In this document: positions 18,267 through 27,036 of the stretch, piece after piece | How the letters are laid out: every line of letters starts with the position of its first letter | How positions within the stretch are numbered: position 1 is the stretch's first letter | IMG/VR virus record: IMGVR_UViG_3300043171_000134 | Location: 1-61,701 of that record | Reading direction: 5' to 3' (one strand) | DNA from: a virus | Taxonomy: Duplodnaviria; Caudoviricetes | DNA length: 61,701 bases | Position numbers and translations under genes: made by a program | The notes under the pieces: model-generated | Databases searched by the model: none | Told to the model about the DNA's origin: nothing | What the model saw: only the letters and a program-made list of their open reading frames with translations

Positions 18267-18724
18267 CTGGTCGCAGTCCTGCCGCCGATAATGATGTGAT
18301 CCAATAACCGAATGTCGATAACTTCTAGCGCCGCTTTGATGCGCTTCGTTATGCGTTCGTCTGCCTGTGATGGTTCGGCGACTCCGGACGGGTGGTTATG
18401 CGCCAAAATTACGGCCGCCGCGTTGCAGAATAATGCCTCTTTAACAATCTCTCGCGGATAAACCGAAGTCCCGTCAATAGTGCCGCGAAATAGCTCACTG
18501 AATTTCAGGACACGGTGACGGTTATCAAGGTAAATACAGCAGAATAATTCGTGCGGTAAATGCGCTAGTTTATTGCGCAAGAATGATTCTGTGTCGGCTG
18601 GCGAACGGATCGCCACACCCACTATGGGGTCGCAGTATTCGCTAGCAGTCTCACAAATTGTCGTGCGGTCTGCGATTGTGTAGCGGCCGTTTTTCTTCCT
18701 TCTGTATAGCTTGGTTCTTTTCAT
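18242..18724 (-). CDS. radC: RadC-like JAB/MPN domain protein
   Basis: E.F...YLD, F.GTID...VYPREIVKEAL, HNHPSG...PS.AD, LLDHIIIG (intact JAMM motif). Confidence 0.93.
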   Translation of the reverse strand: MKRTKLYRRKKNGRYTIADRTTICETASEYCDPIVGVAIRSPADTESFLRNKLAHLPHELFCCIYLDNRHRVLKFSELFRGTIDGTSVYPREIVKEALFCNAAAVILAHNHPSGVAEPSQADERITKRIKAALEVIDIRLLDHIIIGGRTATSCASRGIL

Positions 18725-18742
18725 TGGGGTTTGCCTCTGGTG

Positions 18743-18821
18743 GTGATACAGGGCAGCACTAGCCGGCCGGAGGTGCGCAATGTTGGGCGCAATTATTCCG
18801 GCTAGTGCTGCGGTCTATCAC
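18743..18821. promoter_or_regulatory. Long stem-loop in the radC leader
   Basis: 24-nt arms GTGATACAGGGCAGCACTAGCCGG / CCGGCTAGTGCTGCGGTCTATCAC with an inner TGCGC/GCGCA hairpin. Confidence 0.7.
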
Positions 18822-18973
18822 CTCTCTTTGTGGCGCGTGAATATCTGCGATTTCCGGGTGTGGCCGCAGCAAGTAAAGCCGGGCGAGCTGTACATCTGCT
18901 TGCCGGCGCGGCGTTTCTCCGCGTACTTGCCGAGGGGTCTGCTTTTCGCTACGGGATTGTTGCGGCGTTTCAT
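18818..18973 (-). CDS. 51-aa basic protein
   Basis: Hand translation MKRRNNPVAKSRPLGKY...; GGAG RBS, ATGA overlap. Confidence 0.5.
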   Translation of the reverse strand: MKRRNNPVAKSRPLGKYAEKRRAGKQMYSSPGFTCCGHTRKSQIFTRHKER

Positions 18974-19203
18974 GCTGTCTCCGTGGGTTCGGGATTGATC
19001 ACCATTACGCGGCGCAGCTTGCCGTATCTAATATTGACGGTTAGTCCGTCGTTGTCGGCTTGCGGTTTGTTGATCGGTTTGCCTTCGTAAGGGTGTCCGA
19101 AGTTTTGGATAATGAAATCACTTCCGGCTGTCCATGCCGCCATAACTTTGGCGCGGCTTGAATAGTCCCGGCCATATGCCGGCGTTAGTGTGAGATAACT
19201 CAC
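18970..19203 (-). CDS. Hypothetical early phage protein
   Basis: LTLTPAYGRDY motif; GTGA overlap. Confidence 0.7.
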   Translation of the reverse strand: MSYLTLTPAYGRDYSSRAKVMAAWTAGSDFIIQNFGHPYEGKPINKPQADNDGLTVNIRYGKLRRVMVINPEPTETA

Positions 19204-19379
19204 TGTCGTTTCCGGTAAATATTCAAGCCGATAATTGCGTCTGTTCCTTCAATCTTTTGATTGCCGGAACTGGTCGCGATTATTATCGTTTTGCCTGACT
19301 TGCTCGGCCCGTGTTCCTTCGATAAATCGACGGTGATGGTTAGCTTGTTTCCTGCGGTCTTAATGTCTGCATTGATCAT
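19200..19379 (-). CDS. 59-aa protein, first gene of the early operon
   Basis: Hand translation MINADIKTAGNKLTITVDLSKEHGPSKSGKTIIIATSSGN...GLNIY; GAGGA RBS. Confidence 0.7.
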   Translation of the reverse strand: MINADIKTAGNKLTITVDLSKEHGPSKSGKTIIIATSSGNQKIEGTDAIIGLNIYRKRQ

Positions 19380-20134
19380 GGTGAGATTTCCTCTTTTGGG
19401 GGGTCACTACGGTATTGCCTGCCATCCGTTCGGCTGTCCTGCGGCCTTGTGCTGCGTCTGAGAATTCCGAGAATCGGTAAATCCGAGATTAACGCGTTTT
19501 CCATGATTCAGGCCGTTTCCAGTGGGGGCAGGGACTAGGGCCAATAGTATCGGAAAGCGGCGCAATCCGCAGCACTTAATTACACCAGCCGGCAACGGGT
19601 CGCAATTCACGGCGCCCAGGTGCATCGAATTACCAGCCGGCGCAGCAATTGGCACGGCCTGGCGTTTGGCCGCACCTCGATGCAAGCCGGCGCAACCGGT
19701 GACAACTTCAGACAATCGCAGCACTCCGAAGAACACGTTCGGATCTCCACACAGGACAAGGGGATCTCGTCGGCCGGCCGGATCTCGGTGGCCGGGCTGG
19801 TGGTGATGCGTGTCCAAGTGCAGCTGCGTGGCGCGGCCTAAGTGGGGGGCGTTTACCGGTCGCCACCTCGACTGGCTGCCGGCGGCCCTCGATGCCGGCG
19901 CCGGGGGCCAAAACCCGATCCCATGAATGAAAAAGAGTCTCATCGAATCTGAAAAACGTGGCCCGGATTGCTCGACCCATGCAAACGCCGCGTACAGTAC
20001 CTACCCCTATCTCTGAGTTACCAGTTTTTCTGCTCTTAGCAAAATATTTTTCGGAAAATCAGTAACATAAGGCACTCTTTGACACCTAATCAGAGCTGCA
20101 CCCTTGACACTACACACATCATATGGGTGAAATT

Positions 20135-20248
20135 GGCCGGACCCGCACTAGATGTATGCCTCTGGTGCTGATTTCGCCTCGCCCAGAACAGATTTTAGTG
20201 AGGCAATCACGGTCATATTCTGCCCGTCCGCAAGGGCGGGCATTTTTC
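20135..20248 (+). ncRNA. Candidate small regulatory RNA: three-way junction plus intrinsic terminator
   Basis: P1 GGCCG/CGGTC, P2 GCACTAGA/TCTGGTGC, P3 TGATT..GCCTCGC/GTGAGGC-AATCA; G-U pairs favour the plus strand; TTGACA upstream; complementary to several RBS regions. Confidence 0.6.
20221..20248 (+). terminator. Rho-independent terminator
   Basis: TGCCCGTCC-GCAA-GGGCGGGCA followed by TTTTT. Confidence 0.85.
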
Positions 20249-20278
20249 TGTCGAGTGAGGCGCTGCAAGGGGTTCAAG

Positions 20279-20449
20279 ATGGCTATACCAGGCATTACGC
20301 CGAAGCGAGGTCGCCGGCCACGCATTCAGAAAGTGTCGATTCGTTCGGCCGCTCACAATCTGGCGGGGTCGGAGAAGCCGTATCCGGTCTATCAATTTTC
20401 GCGCAGAATTTTTCTCGAGCGGCCCGGTCATAATCCTTTCAAGCCATGA
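20279..20449 (+). CDS. 56-aa basic protein preceding terS
   Basis: AAGGGG RBS; ATGA overlap with terS. Confidence 0.5.
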   Translation: MAIPGITPKRGRRPRIQKVSIRSAAHNLAGSEKPYPVYQFSRRIFLERPGHNPFKP

Positions 20450-21207
20450 AGACCACGAAACCTGATCACGTTTTGCATCACGCGAGGGCGCGAGGCCACC
20501 GTAAAGCGAAGCGAACACAGGTTGCCCTGGTGATTGATGTAGAGAACATGACGCCGCTGCGTTGGCAGGGGGTGATCGAGGCGACGGCGCACGGTAAGAA
20601 CCGCAAGGAAGCGGCCAAAGAAGCAGGAATTTCAAAGCGCACGTTGGACTCGTATTTAATTTCCAACATATCAGCGTACTCGCAGTTGCGTGAAGCTCAT
20701 TTGCTGCACTTACGGCGCGAATGGCCTTCCGAGCGAGCTGAAGAATTTCTGATCTTGATCGCTCGCGGCAGAACCATGCAGCGAGCTGCGGACAAGCTCG
20801 ACATTGGGAAGCGGTCATTGGGTCAGTTGTATGCACTGTTTTTGAACGACAAGGTGTACCGGCGTATGTATGACGAGGCCCGAGAAATGCAGGCCGAGAC
20901 TTTTGTTGACGACATACTCGATATCAGCGACGACTCAGGTCGTGACCGGCAGGAGAACGGGAAGATCAATCACGAAGTCGTCAACAGGTCGAAGATTCGC
21001 ATTGACACACGGAAGTGGATTATGGGAGCGATGGTTCACAAGCGATTTGGTGACAGGAAGCAACTCGAACATTCAGGCGAGATCAATCTAAACCACGCCG
21101 CCTTGCTCTCCGGAGGGCGTCGTCGCTTAGAAAAGCTGAATGAGGAACGCAAGGCAAGGAAGCCCGCAACGATTGATAACATTACTGGCACAGAGGTAGC
21201 GGCATGA
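20446..21207 (+). CDS. terS: Terminase small subunit with duplicated N-terminal HTH
   Basis: Y..ARE.QAE...DDI..I.DD...RSKIRIDTRKW pattern; upstream of terL. Confidence 0.8.
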   Translation: MKTTKPDHVLHHARARGHRKAKRTQVALVIDVENMTPLRWQGVIEATAHGKNRKEAAKEAGISKRTLDSYLISNISAYSQLREAHLLHLRREWPSERAEEFLILIARGRTMQRAADKLDIGKRSLGQLYALFLNDKVYRRMYDEAREMQAETFVDDILDISDDSGRDRQENGKINHEVVNRSKIRIDTRKWIMGAMVHKRFGDRKQLEHSGEINLNHAALLSGGRRRLEKLNEERKARKPATIDNITGTEVAA

Positions 21208-21428
21208 CCGACGAAGCAGTGAAAATCATCGTACCCGGCAGTGAATGGCGGGAAGAAGTTTTAAGTGAATTGAAGCGACTAACGGAAGATCTTGTTCGTT
21301 TGCGTCGGTTTTTGGTGTCGGAGGATTTTTACAAACTGTCGGAACAGCAATGCAATTTATTGCGAAATCAATCAACGGCGATGAGTCAGTACGCAGACAT
21401 TCTCACCAAAAGGCTACAGAGCAACTGA
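21204..21428 (+). CDS. Small helical protein (crAss001_48-like)
   Basis: E..EL....L..F...F..L......LL..Q..AM..Y..IL..R. Confidence 0.65.
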   Translation: MTDEAVKIIVPGSEWREEVLSELKRLTEDLVRLRRFLVSEDFYKLSEQQCNLLRNQSTAMSQYADILTKRLQSN

Positions 21429-21429
21429 T

Positions 21430-22935
21430 ATGACTGCGACGCCGGCCGTGGAACTACTTAACCAGGACAACTTTGTTCCGTGGGAAGAAGGCGAGCCGTT
21501 ATCAGAGTCGGAATTTGAGCAACAGCTGATTCACGATATGGATCAGTTTTACGACGACCCGCTTGGATGGGTGATGTACGCCTATCCGTGGGGAGTAGAG
21601 GGAACAGAGCTAGAAGAACACGATGGTCCGGATATCTGGCAAGCATCACAACTCAATCGTGTCGGCGAGGCGATTCGTAAGGATCCCGAAGGCACGATTC
21701 GGGAAGCTATTGCTTCCGGTCACGGTATTGGCAAGTCTGCAGAAGTCGCATGGATCATTATGTGGGCCATGTCCACCCGACCTCATCTTAACGGAGTCAT
21801 TACCGCAAACACCACGAATCAGCTCAATACGAAAACGTGGCGCGAACTCGCCCTCTGGCACAAGCGAGCGTGTAACACTCACTGGTTCAAGTGGACTGCT
21901 ACGAAATTTTTCCACCGTGATCATCCAGAAACGTGGTTCTGCGCTGCGACGCCGAATACTGAACATAATTCTGAAGCGTTCGCCGGCCTTCACGGACAGC
22001 ACGTTCTAATCGTCTATGACGAAGGCTCGGGTATTCCGGACAAGATTTTTGAAGTGTCCGAAGGAGCCATGACCGATCCGCGGGCGATGTGGTTTTGCTA
22101 TGGCAACCCGACCAAGAACACCGGCAAGTTCCGCAATCTCTTTATGAACGATGCCAGGTGGACGACACACCAGATCGACTCACGAACGTGCAAAATGACC
22201 AACAAGAAAGAGATTGCTGGTCAGATTGCAGAGTATGGAGAGGACAGTGATTTCATTCGAGTACGAGTCAAAGGCCAGTTCCCGCGAGCGGGATCTATGC
22301 AGTTTATTTCATCCGAGGTTTGCGACACTTGTATGCTTTGGGATGCGCCTTACGAGAGTTTCTTCCAGTTACCTATCGTACTTGGTGTCGATGTGGCGCG
22401 TTTCGGTGAGGACAAGAGCGTTATTGCGGTCCGACAGGGACGCAAGATCATCACACTGATTCGATATCGTAATCTGGACACCATGCAACTGGCTGCGAAA
22501 GTCGTGAACGCGGTCAAGGAATACTCGCCGGCGGCGACGTTCGTTGACGGAGTTGGCATTGGGGCTGGTGTAGTGGATCGTCTGCGTATGCTTGGTCACG
22601 ATATTATCGAAGTGAACGCCGGCAACAAGCCTGACGACGAAGATACCTACTACAACAAGCGCGTCGAAATGTGGGACCGGATGCGAATTCAAATGACCGA
22701 AGGCATGGACATTCCCAATGACGCGGATCTTCGCCAGTCCATGATTGGCATCGAATACGGGTTCAACGATAAAGAGCAGATGCGGCTCGAACGCAAGCAG
22801 GACATGAAGAAGCGCGGCCTGGACTCGCCTGATGATGGCGACGCGATTGCATACACCTACGCCGAGCACATGGGCGATATGACGCACAATTACTTTGAGC
22901 CGGAAGATCACTTCGAGCCGGGGTTCGTACACTGA
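21430..22935 (+). CDS. terL: Terminase large subunit
   Basis: Walker A GHGIGKS, Walker B IVYDE, GNP coupling motif, RNase H-like GVDVARFGED and SPDDGDA. Confidence 0.96.
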   Translation: MTATPAVELLNQDNFVPWEEGEPLSESEFEQQLIHDMDQFYDDPLGWVMYAYPWGVEGTELEEHDGPDIWQASQLNRVGEAIRKDPEGTIREAIASGHGIGKSAEVAWIIMWAMSTRPHLNGVITANTTNQLNTKTWRELALWHKRACNTHWFKWTATKFFHRDHPETWFCAATPNTEHNSEAFAGLHGQHVLIVYDEGSGIPDKIFEVSEGAMTDPRAMWFCYGNPTKNTGKFRNLFMNDARWTTHQIDSRTCKMTNKKEIAGQIAEYGEDSDFIRVRVKGQFPRAGSMQFISSEVCDTCMLWDAPYESFFQLPIVLGVDVARFGEDKSVIAVRQGRKIITLIRYRNLDTMQLAAKVVNAVKEYSPAATFVDGVGIGAGVVDRLRMLGHDIIEVNAGNKPDDEDTYYNKRVEMWDRMRIQMTEGMDIPNDADLRQSMIGIEYGFNDKEQMRLERKQDMKKRGLDSPDDGDAIAYTYAEHMGDMTHNYFEPEDHFEPGFVH

Positions 22936-23087
22936 TGCCGAAGGGAACTAAAGTGCATCGTTGCTTCGAGAAGATGAAGGCGAAAGGTGCGAGCGCCGGC
23001 AAGGCCGCACGGATCTGTCAGTCGTCAACCGGGCAATCGTTGCAGACCGGCAAACGTACTCACGGCGAATGGAAGAAAAAGAAATGA
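22935..23087 (+). CDS. 50-aa basic protein
   Basis: Hand translation MPKGTKVHRCFEKMKAKG...ICQSSTG; TGATG and ATGA overlaps. Confidence 0.6.
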   Translation: MPKGTKVHRCFEKMKAKGASAGKAARICQSSTGQSLQTGKRTHGEWKKKK

Positions 23088-23518
23088 GGATCCTGACGCA
23101 AAAAGGCAGCGGCCGGCACATGGATCAGGTCACTGAGGATTACAACGAGATCGAGGATTACGACGACCAGGACACGCGTAAAGCCAAGCTGGAAATGTGG
23201 ATGGCGAAGAAGGTCGGCACGGCGATCCACGAAAAATATCGTAGCCGGCAGTGGAAAGTGATGGTCAATCTCGAAGGGCAAATGCTGATCGTTGCCTGCG
23301 ATTCGATTTCCAATTACAAGGGCTACCACATCCACATGGCTGGCCGCACGATTCACGATCTGCAAGAGGAAGGAATTAAGGGAGCAGGCGAAATTCTTGA
23401 GCGGCATAATCTGGCGCGTAGCAAGCATTTCAATCCTGACAAATTCGAGGATTTACCGCGTGATCGCTTCGACAACGTAATCGCGACTGACAGCAGAGCG
23501 GTGCCAAGCAATGCCTAG
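23084..23518 (+). CDS. Hypothetical protein
   Basis: AGEILER motif; between terL and portal. Confidence 0.7.
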   Translation: MRILTQKGSGRHMDQVTEDYNEIEDYDDQDTRKAKLEMWMAKKVGTAIHEKYRSRQWKVMVNLEGQMLIVACDSISNYKGYHIHMAGRTIHDLQEEGIKGAGEILERHNLARSKHFNPDKFEDLPRDRFDNVIATDSRAVPSNA

Positions 23519-25943
23519 CGACCAAAATCAAGGCAATTACAACCCGGAGTATATGGAAACTGCGCCGGCAGACAATCGCGAAGGCAATCGCGATTTCGAG
23601 TTTGAGGAAGATCCCGCGCACCCGACTTCTCCTTCAGCCCCTCCCCGCCCTCAAGATCGTGGTGATCCCTACTCCCGATTGCCACAGGATCTACCACCAG
23701 GCGAAACCCCGTCAAGTTCCAGCGCCGGCTCGCGGGAAATGCTGGATGGCAGTGGCGGTCCGGATTCTTCCGATGCCGAAGGCGAAACAATGTCGTTTGT
23801 CGGTACGGAAGGCTGGCTGATCTCGAAAGCGCATGAGATCTACACCACATCGACAGACTACCTCGATGCCAACATCACGAATATTTGGGAAGTCAATCTG
23901 GCGCATTTCAATAACGAACACGCGCCAGCGACGAAGTTTAGGACGCAAAATTGGAAACGCTCAAAGGTTTTTCGTCCTAAAACTCGATCTATGACAAAAT
24001 CGTCGGAGGCCGCGCTCACCAATGCGATGTTCTCGACCACCGATGTGGTGGACATTCAGCCAGAAGACGAAATAGATCCTAAACAAATCGCGTCGGCAGC
24101 AGTCAACAAGGAAATCCTACAATATCGACTTGATCGGAAAATGCCCTGGTATCAGACCGTTGTCGGCGCGTTTCAATCAACGAAGGTCTATGGCCTGACG
24201 ATCTCATTCCAGTATTGGGATTATCACGAAGACACCGATATCGTGCCGGAGATTGGCCTCGATGGCGGGATACTCATGGATGAGGAAGGTTTTGCGCTCG
24301 GCCGTGAGCAGACTATGGTCCGGCGCGACGACTTGCGTTGCGATCTGGTGGCGCCAGAGAATTTCAGATTCGATCCGATGTGCGACTGGCGCGATCCCGC
24401 GACTACATCGCCTTACCTTCTCTACATGATGCCGGTGTATGCCGTTACTGCACTGGAAAACATGGAGAAGATCGACAACAAGACCGGGCAACCGGTCTGG
24501 AAACAACACGCCCTGGGCGATCTCTTAGCGACCCGGCGTAAGAATTACGACCGGACGCGTCAGGCGCGTGAGGGCCGCGAGCGGATCGACCCGGCAGATG
24601 AGCAGCACGGCAATTCGTACACGATGCTGTGGGCGCACATGAACATCGTCAACATCAATGGCGAGGACATGCTGTACTGGACGATGGGAACGGAGTTGTT
24701 GCTCACCGATCCGGTCCCGCTCAATCAGGCATTCCCGCATCTACAGCGCGGTGAGCGGCCGTTCACGGTTGGTTTCTCAACCATCGAAGCATTCCGAAAC
24801 TACCCCGCCGGCGACGTAGAACAAGCCAGCGGGCTGCAGCAAGAGATCAACCTTGTTGCGAATCAACGCCTCGATAACGTGAAGTTGGTTCTGAACAAGC
24901 GGTATTACGTCAAGCGCGGATCTCAAGTGGATCTCGATGCGTTGATTCGCAATGTCTCTGGTGGCGGCGTGATGATGAACGATCCTGAGAAGGACGTTAA
25001 AACTATCGACACCCGCGATGTGACCGGATCGTCTTATCAAGAGCAGGACCGGCTGTCCGTCGAACTCGATGAACTGACCGGCACGTTCTCGCAAACGTCG
25101 GTTCAGTCCAACCAGAATCTTAATGAAACCGTTGGCGGCATGGAGGCCATGCAATCTGGTGCTGGCGCTGTGCAGGATTACGGTCTGCGAATCTTCTTCG
25201 AGACTTGGGCTGAACCGACCCTGCGCCAGCTCGTCCGCTTGATCCAGTATTACGAGACTGATCAGACCATTCTCGCGCTGGCGCAAAAGAAGGCCGAACT
25301 CTGGCAAAAATTTGGCATTGACCAGGTGACTGACGAATTGCTGCGGCAAGAGCTGACCGTGCGCGTCAATGTAGGTATGGGCAACACCGATCCGCAGCGC
25401 CGGGTTGAAAAACTCATGTTCGCCGTGAAGAATGCTGCCGGCCTGCCGAAGATGGCCGAGCGCATGAAGTCCGAAGATATTGCCGACGAGATTTTCGGTA
25501 CTCTCGGATACAAAAATGCAGTTCGATTCTTCCGTAACGATCAGGAGCAGAAAGCCTACGAGCAGGAAAACCCGCCGCAGCCGCCGCCTGAGATCAAGTT
25601 GCAGCAGGAAGAACTCAAGATGCACACGAAGGACAACGAAGCGCGGCATCAGCGTGAGGTGATGAAGCTCGAAATGGAAGCTCAGACACGCTTTGCCAAA
25701 CTGGCGCTCGAGAAAAATATGAAGTTCAATGAAATGATGCAGCAACTTGGCCTCGCTCAGAAGAAGGATGCTGTTGCCGCTGAACAAGCCGCACGGAAAG
25801 ATGCTATGTCCGAACGGAAGGATGCTACTGCGGCCGAAATCGCCTTTAGAAAAGACAGGACCGATCGGCAGGGCAGGGCATTGGACAACGTAGTCCACCT
25901 GAAAGAAATGCAATTACGCCGCGATACCGGGGCGGGAGTTTAG
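23511..25943 (+). CDS. Portal protein
   Basis: 810 aa after terL; Q.EIN...NQRLDN, ET.GG motifs, long C-terminal coiled coil. Confidence 0.88.
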   Translation: MPSDQNQGNYNPEYMETAPADNREGNRDFEFEEDPAHPTSPSAPPRPQDRGDPYSRLPQDLPPGETPSSSSAGSREMLDGSGGPDSSDAEGETMSFVGTEGWLISKAHEIYTTSTDYLDANITNIWEVNLAHFNNEHAPATKFRTQNWKRSKVFRPKTRSMTKSSEAALTNAMFSTTDVVDIQPEDEIDPKQIASAAVNKEILQYRLDRKMPWYQTVVGAFQSTKVYGLTISFQYWDYHEDTDIVPEIGLDGGILMDEEGFALGREQTMVRRDDLRCDLVAPENFRFDPMCDWRDPATTSPYLLYMMPVYAVTALENMEKIDNKTGQPVWKQHALGDLLATRRKNYDRTRQAREGRERIDPADEQHGNSYTMLWAHMNIVNINGEDMLYWTMGTELLLTDPVPLNQAFPHLQRGERPFTVGFSTIEAFRNYPAGDVEQASGLQQEINLVANQRLDNVKLVLNKRYYVKRGSQVDLDALIRNVSGGGVMMNDPEKDVKTIDTRDVTGSSYQEQDRLSVELDELTGTFSQTSVQSNQNLNETVGGMEAMQSGAGAVQDYGLRIFFETWAEPTLRQLVRLIQYYETDQTILALAQKKAELWQKFGIDQVTDELLRQELTVRVNVGMGNTDPQRRVEKLMFAVKNAAGLPKMAERMKSEDIADEIFGTLGYKNAVRFFRNDQEQKAYEQENPPQPPPEIKLQQEELKMHTKDNEARHQREVMKLEMEAQTRFAKLALEKNMKFNEMMQQLGLAQKKDAVAAEQAARKDAMSERKDATAAEIAFRKDRTDRQGRALDNVVHLKEMQLRRDTGAGV

Positions 25944-25952
25944 GAGAACAAA

Positions 25953-26276
25953 ATGGCTGATCGTTTTTTGATTATTACCAAACGCAAGGTGATCGACACG
26001 CCGGCAAGTCCGGGGCCACCGCCAGTGATCGAAGTTTCGCATTTTGAAGTCGTACAGGCTTACATCGAAGATTCGTCAACACAGGTTGCTATCAATCTGG
26101 AATTGCCTGTGCCGAATATGGACGCGTATCACCTGAGTTTTAACGGGCCGGATCTGAACGCATCAATTCAACCAGTGACCGTCAAGGGTGGCGCGCGAGC
26201 GCCGGGTACTGGCCGGGAAATTGTTGAAGTCGAATCTGGCGGCAATGTCGTCGGTTCGGCAGAAGTGGACGTTTAG
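25953..26276 (+). CDS. Hypothetical protein
   Basis: AGGAG RBS. Confidence 0.7.
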   Translation: MADRFLIITKRKVIDTPASPGPPPVIEVSHFEVVQAYIEDSSTQVAINLELPVPNMDAYHLSFNGPDLNASIQPVTVKGGARAPGTGREIVEVESGGNVVGSAEVDV

Positions 26277-26286
26277 GAGAAATCTT

Positions 26287-26775
26287 ATGCCAAGAATCGC
26301 AACAGGTGGTGGATGGGCTGGTCGTCAAAACGGTGGTGGTCTTTGGGCGAATCGTCAAACTGGTCGCAGCGCAGGCGCTACTGAGTTAGCAGCCCGAGTA
26401 GCTGGTCGCCCTGGTGGTGGTCCGGGTCGTTCGGGTAGTGCGCGAGGCCAAGCGTTTCCGGAAGGAGCGTCAGGCGGTCCTCCACCCACACCACCGAGCG
26501 GTGGTGGCGGTGGTGGCGGTGGCGGTCCCGGTGGTCGTGGCGGTGGTGGCGGTCCTCCCCCTGGTGGCGGCGGTGGCGGTGGTGGCGGTCCGGGTCGTCC
26601 TCCGGGTGGTCGTAGTGGCGGTGTTCCTCCGGGCGGCGGTGGCGGCGGTGGCGGGCCGGGTCGTCAGGGTAGTGCTCGTCCAGCTTCGACTGGCGGTGGT
26701 GGCGGCGGTGGTGGCGGCGGTGGTCCGGGTCGTCCGGGCGGTCCTCGTAGCGGCAATCCCGGTGGAGGCTATTGA
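26287..26775 (+). CDS. Gly/Pro/Arg-rich disordered protein ending in GGGY
   Basis: AGGAG RBS; poly-Gly-PGR repeats encoded by mixed GGT/GGC codons. Confidence 0.7.
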   Translation: MPRIATGGGWAGRQNGGGLWANRQTGRSAGATELAARVAGRPGGGPGRSGSARGQAFPEGASGGPPPTPPSGGGGGGGGGPGGRGGGGGPPPGGGGGGGGGPGRPPGGRSGGVPPGGGGGGGGPGRQGSARPASTGGGGGGGGGGGPGRPGGPRSGNPGGGY

Positions 26776-26993
26776 TGGCTGACAAAATTCCAACAGGCCG
26801 AACCGGCGAGAGCAAAGTTGCATCACCGAAAGAGCCGCGAATCAAGATAAGTCAAGTGACTATCTATCACGGTGGAGCAACAGAATATATGGGATCCCCG
26901 GTTTGGACAGATGAAGCTGGCAGGCGTCACGTAGGCCCGAAACCAAAAACAACTGGTGGTGGTCGTGGCGGCGGCGGTGGAGGAGGTTACTAA
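26775..26993 (+). CDS. Small protein ending in GGGRGGGGGGY
   Basis: GGAGG RBS, TGATG overlap. Confidence 0.65.
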   Translation: MADKIPTGRTGESKVASPKEPRIKISQVTIYHGGATEYMGSPVWTDEAGRRHVGPKPKTTGGGRGGGGGGGY

Positions 26994-27036
26994 ATGATGG
27001 GCGCACTCGAAGAAGCAACAGTACGGGAGAAAGAAA

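Noticed and set aside
19407-19980. ORFs in the gap between the early and late blocks
   Set aside because: No evident RBS, atypical composition and mutual overlap on both strands; the region looks non-coding
20123-20278. Coding interpretation of the sRNA region (108-aa or 93-aa ORFs)
   Set aside because: Both run through a strong intrinsic terminator and lack a clear RBS; only the 20279 start is supported, though a leader peptide cannot be excluded
26378-26845. His/Arg-rich, Thr/Ala-rich and Val-rich ORFs in other frames
   Set aside because: Shadows of the GGT/GGC poly-Gly repeat; only the Gly frame has an RBS and operon coupling
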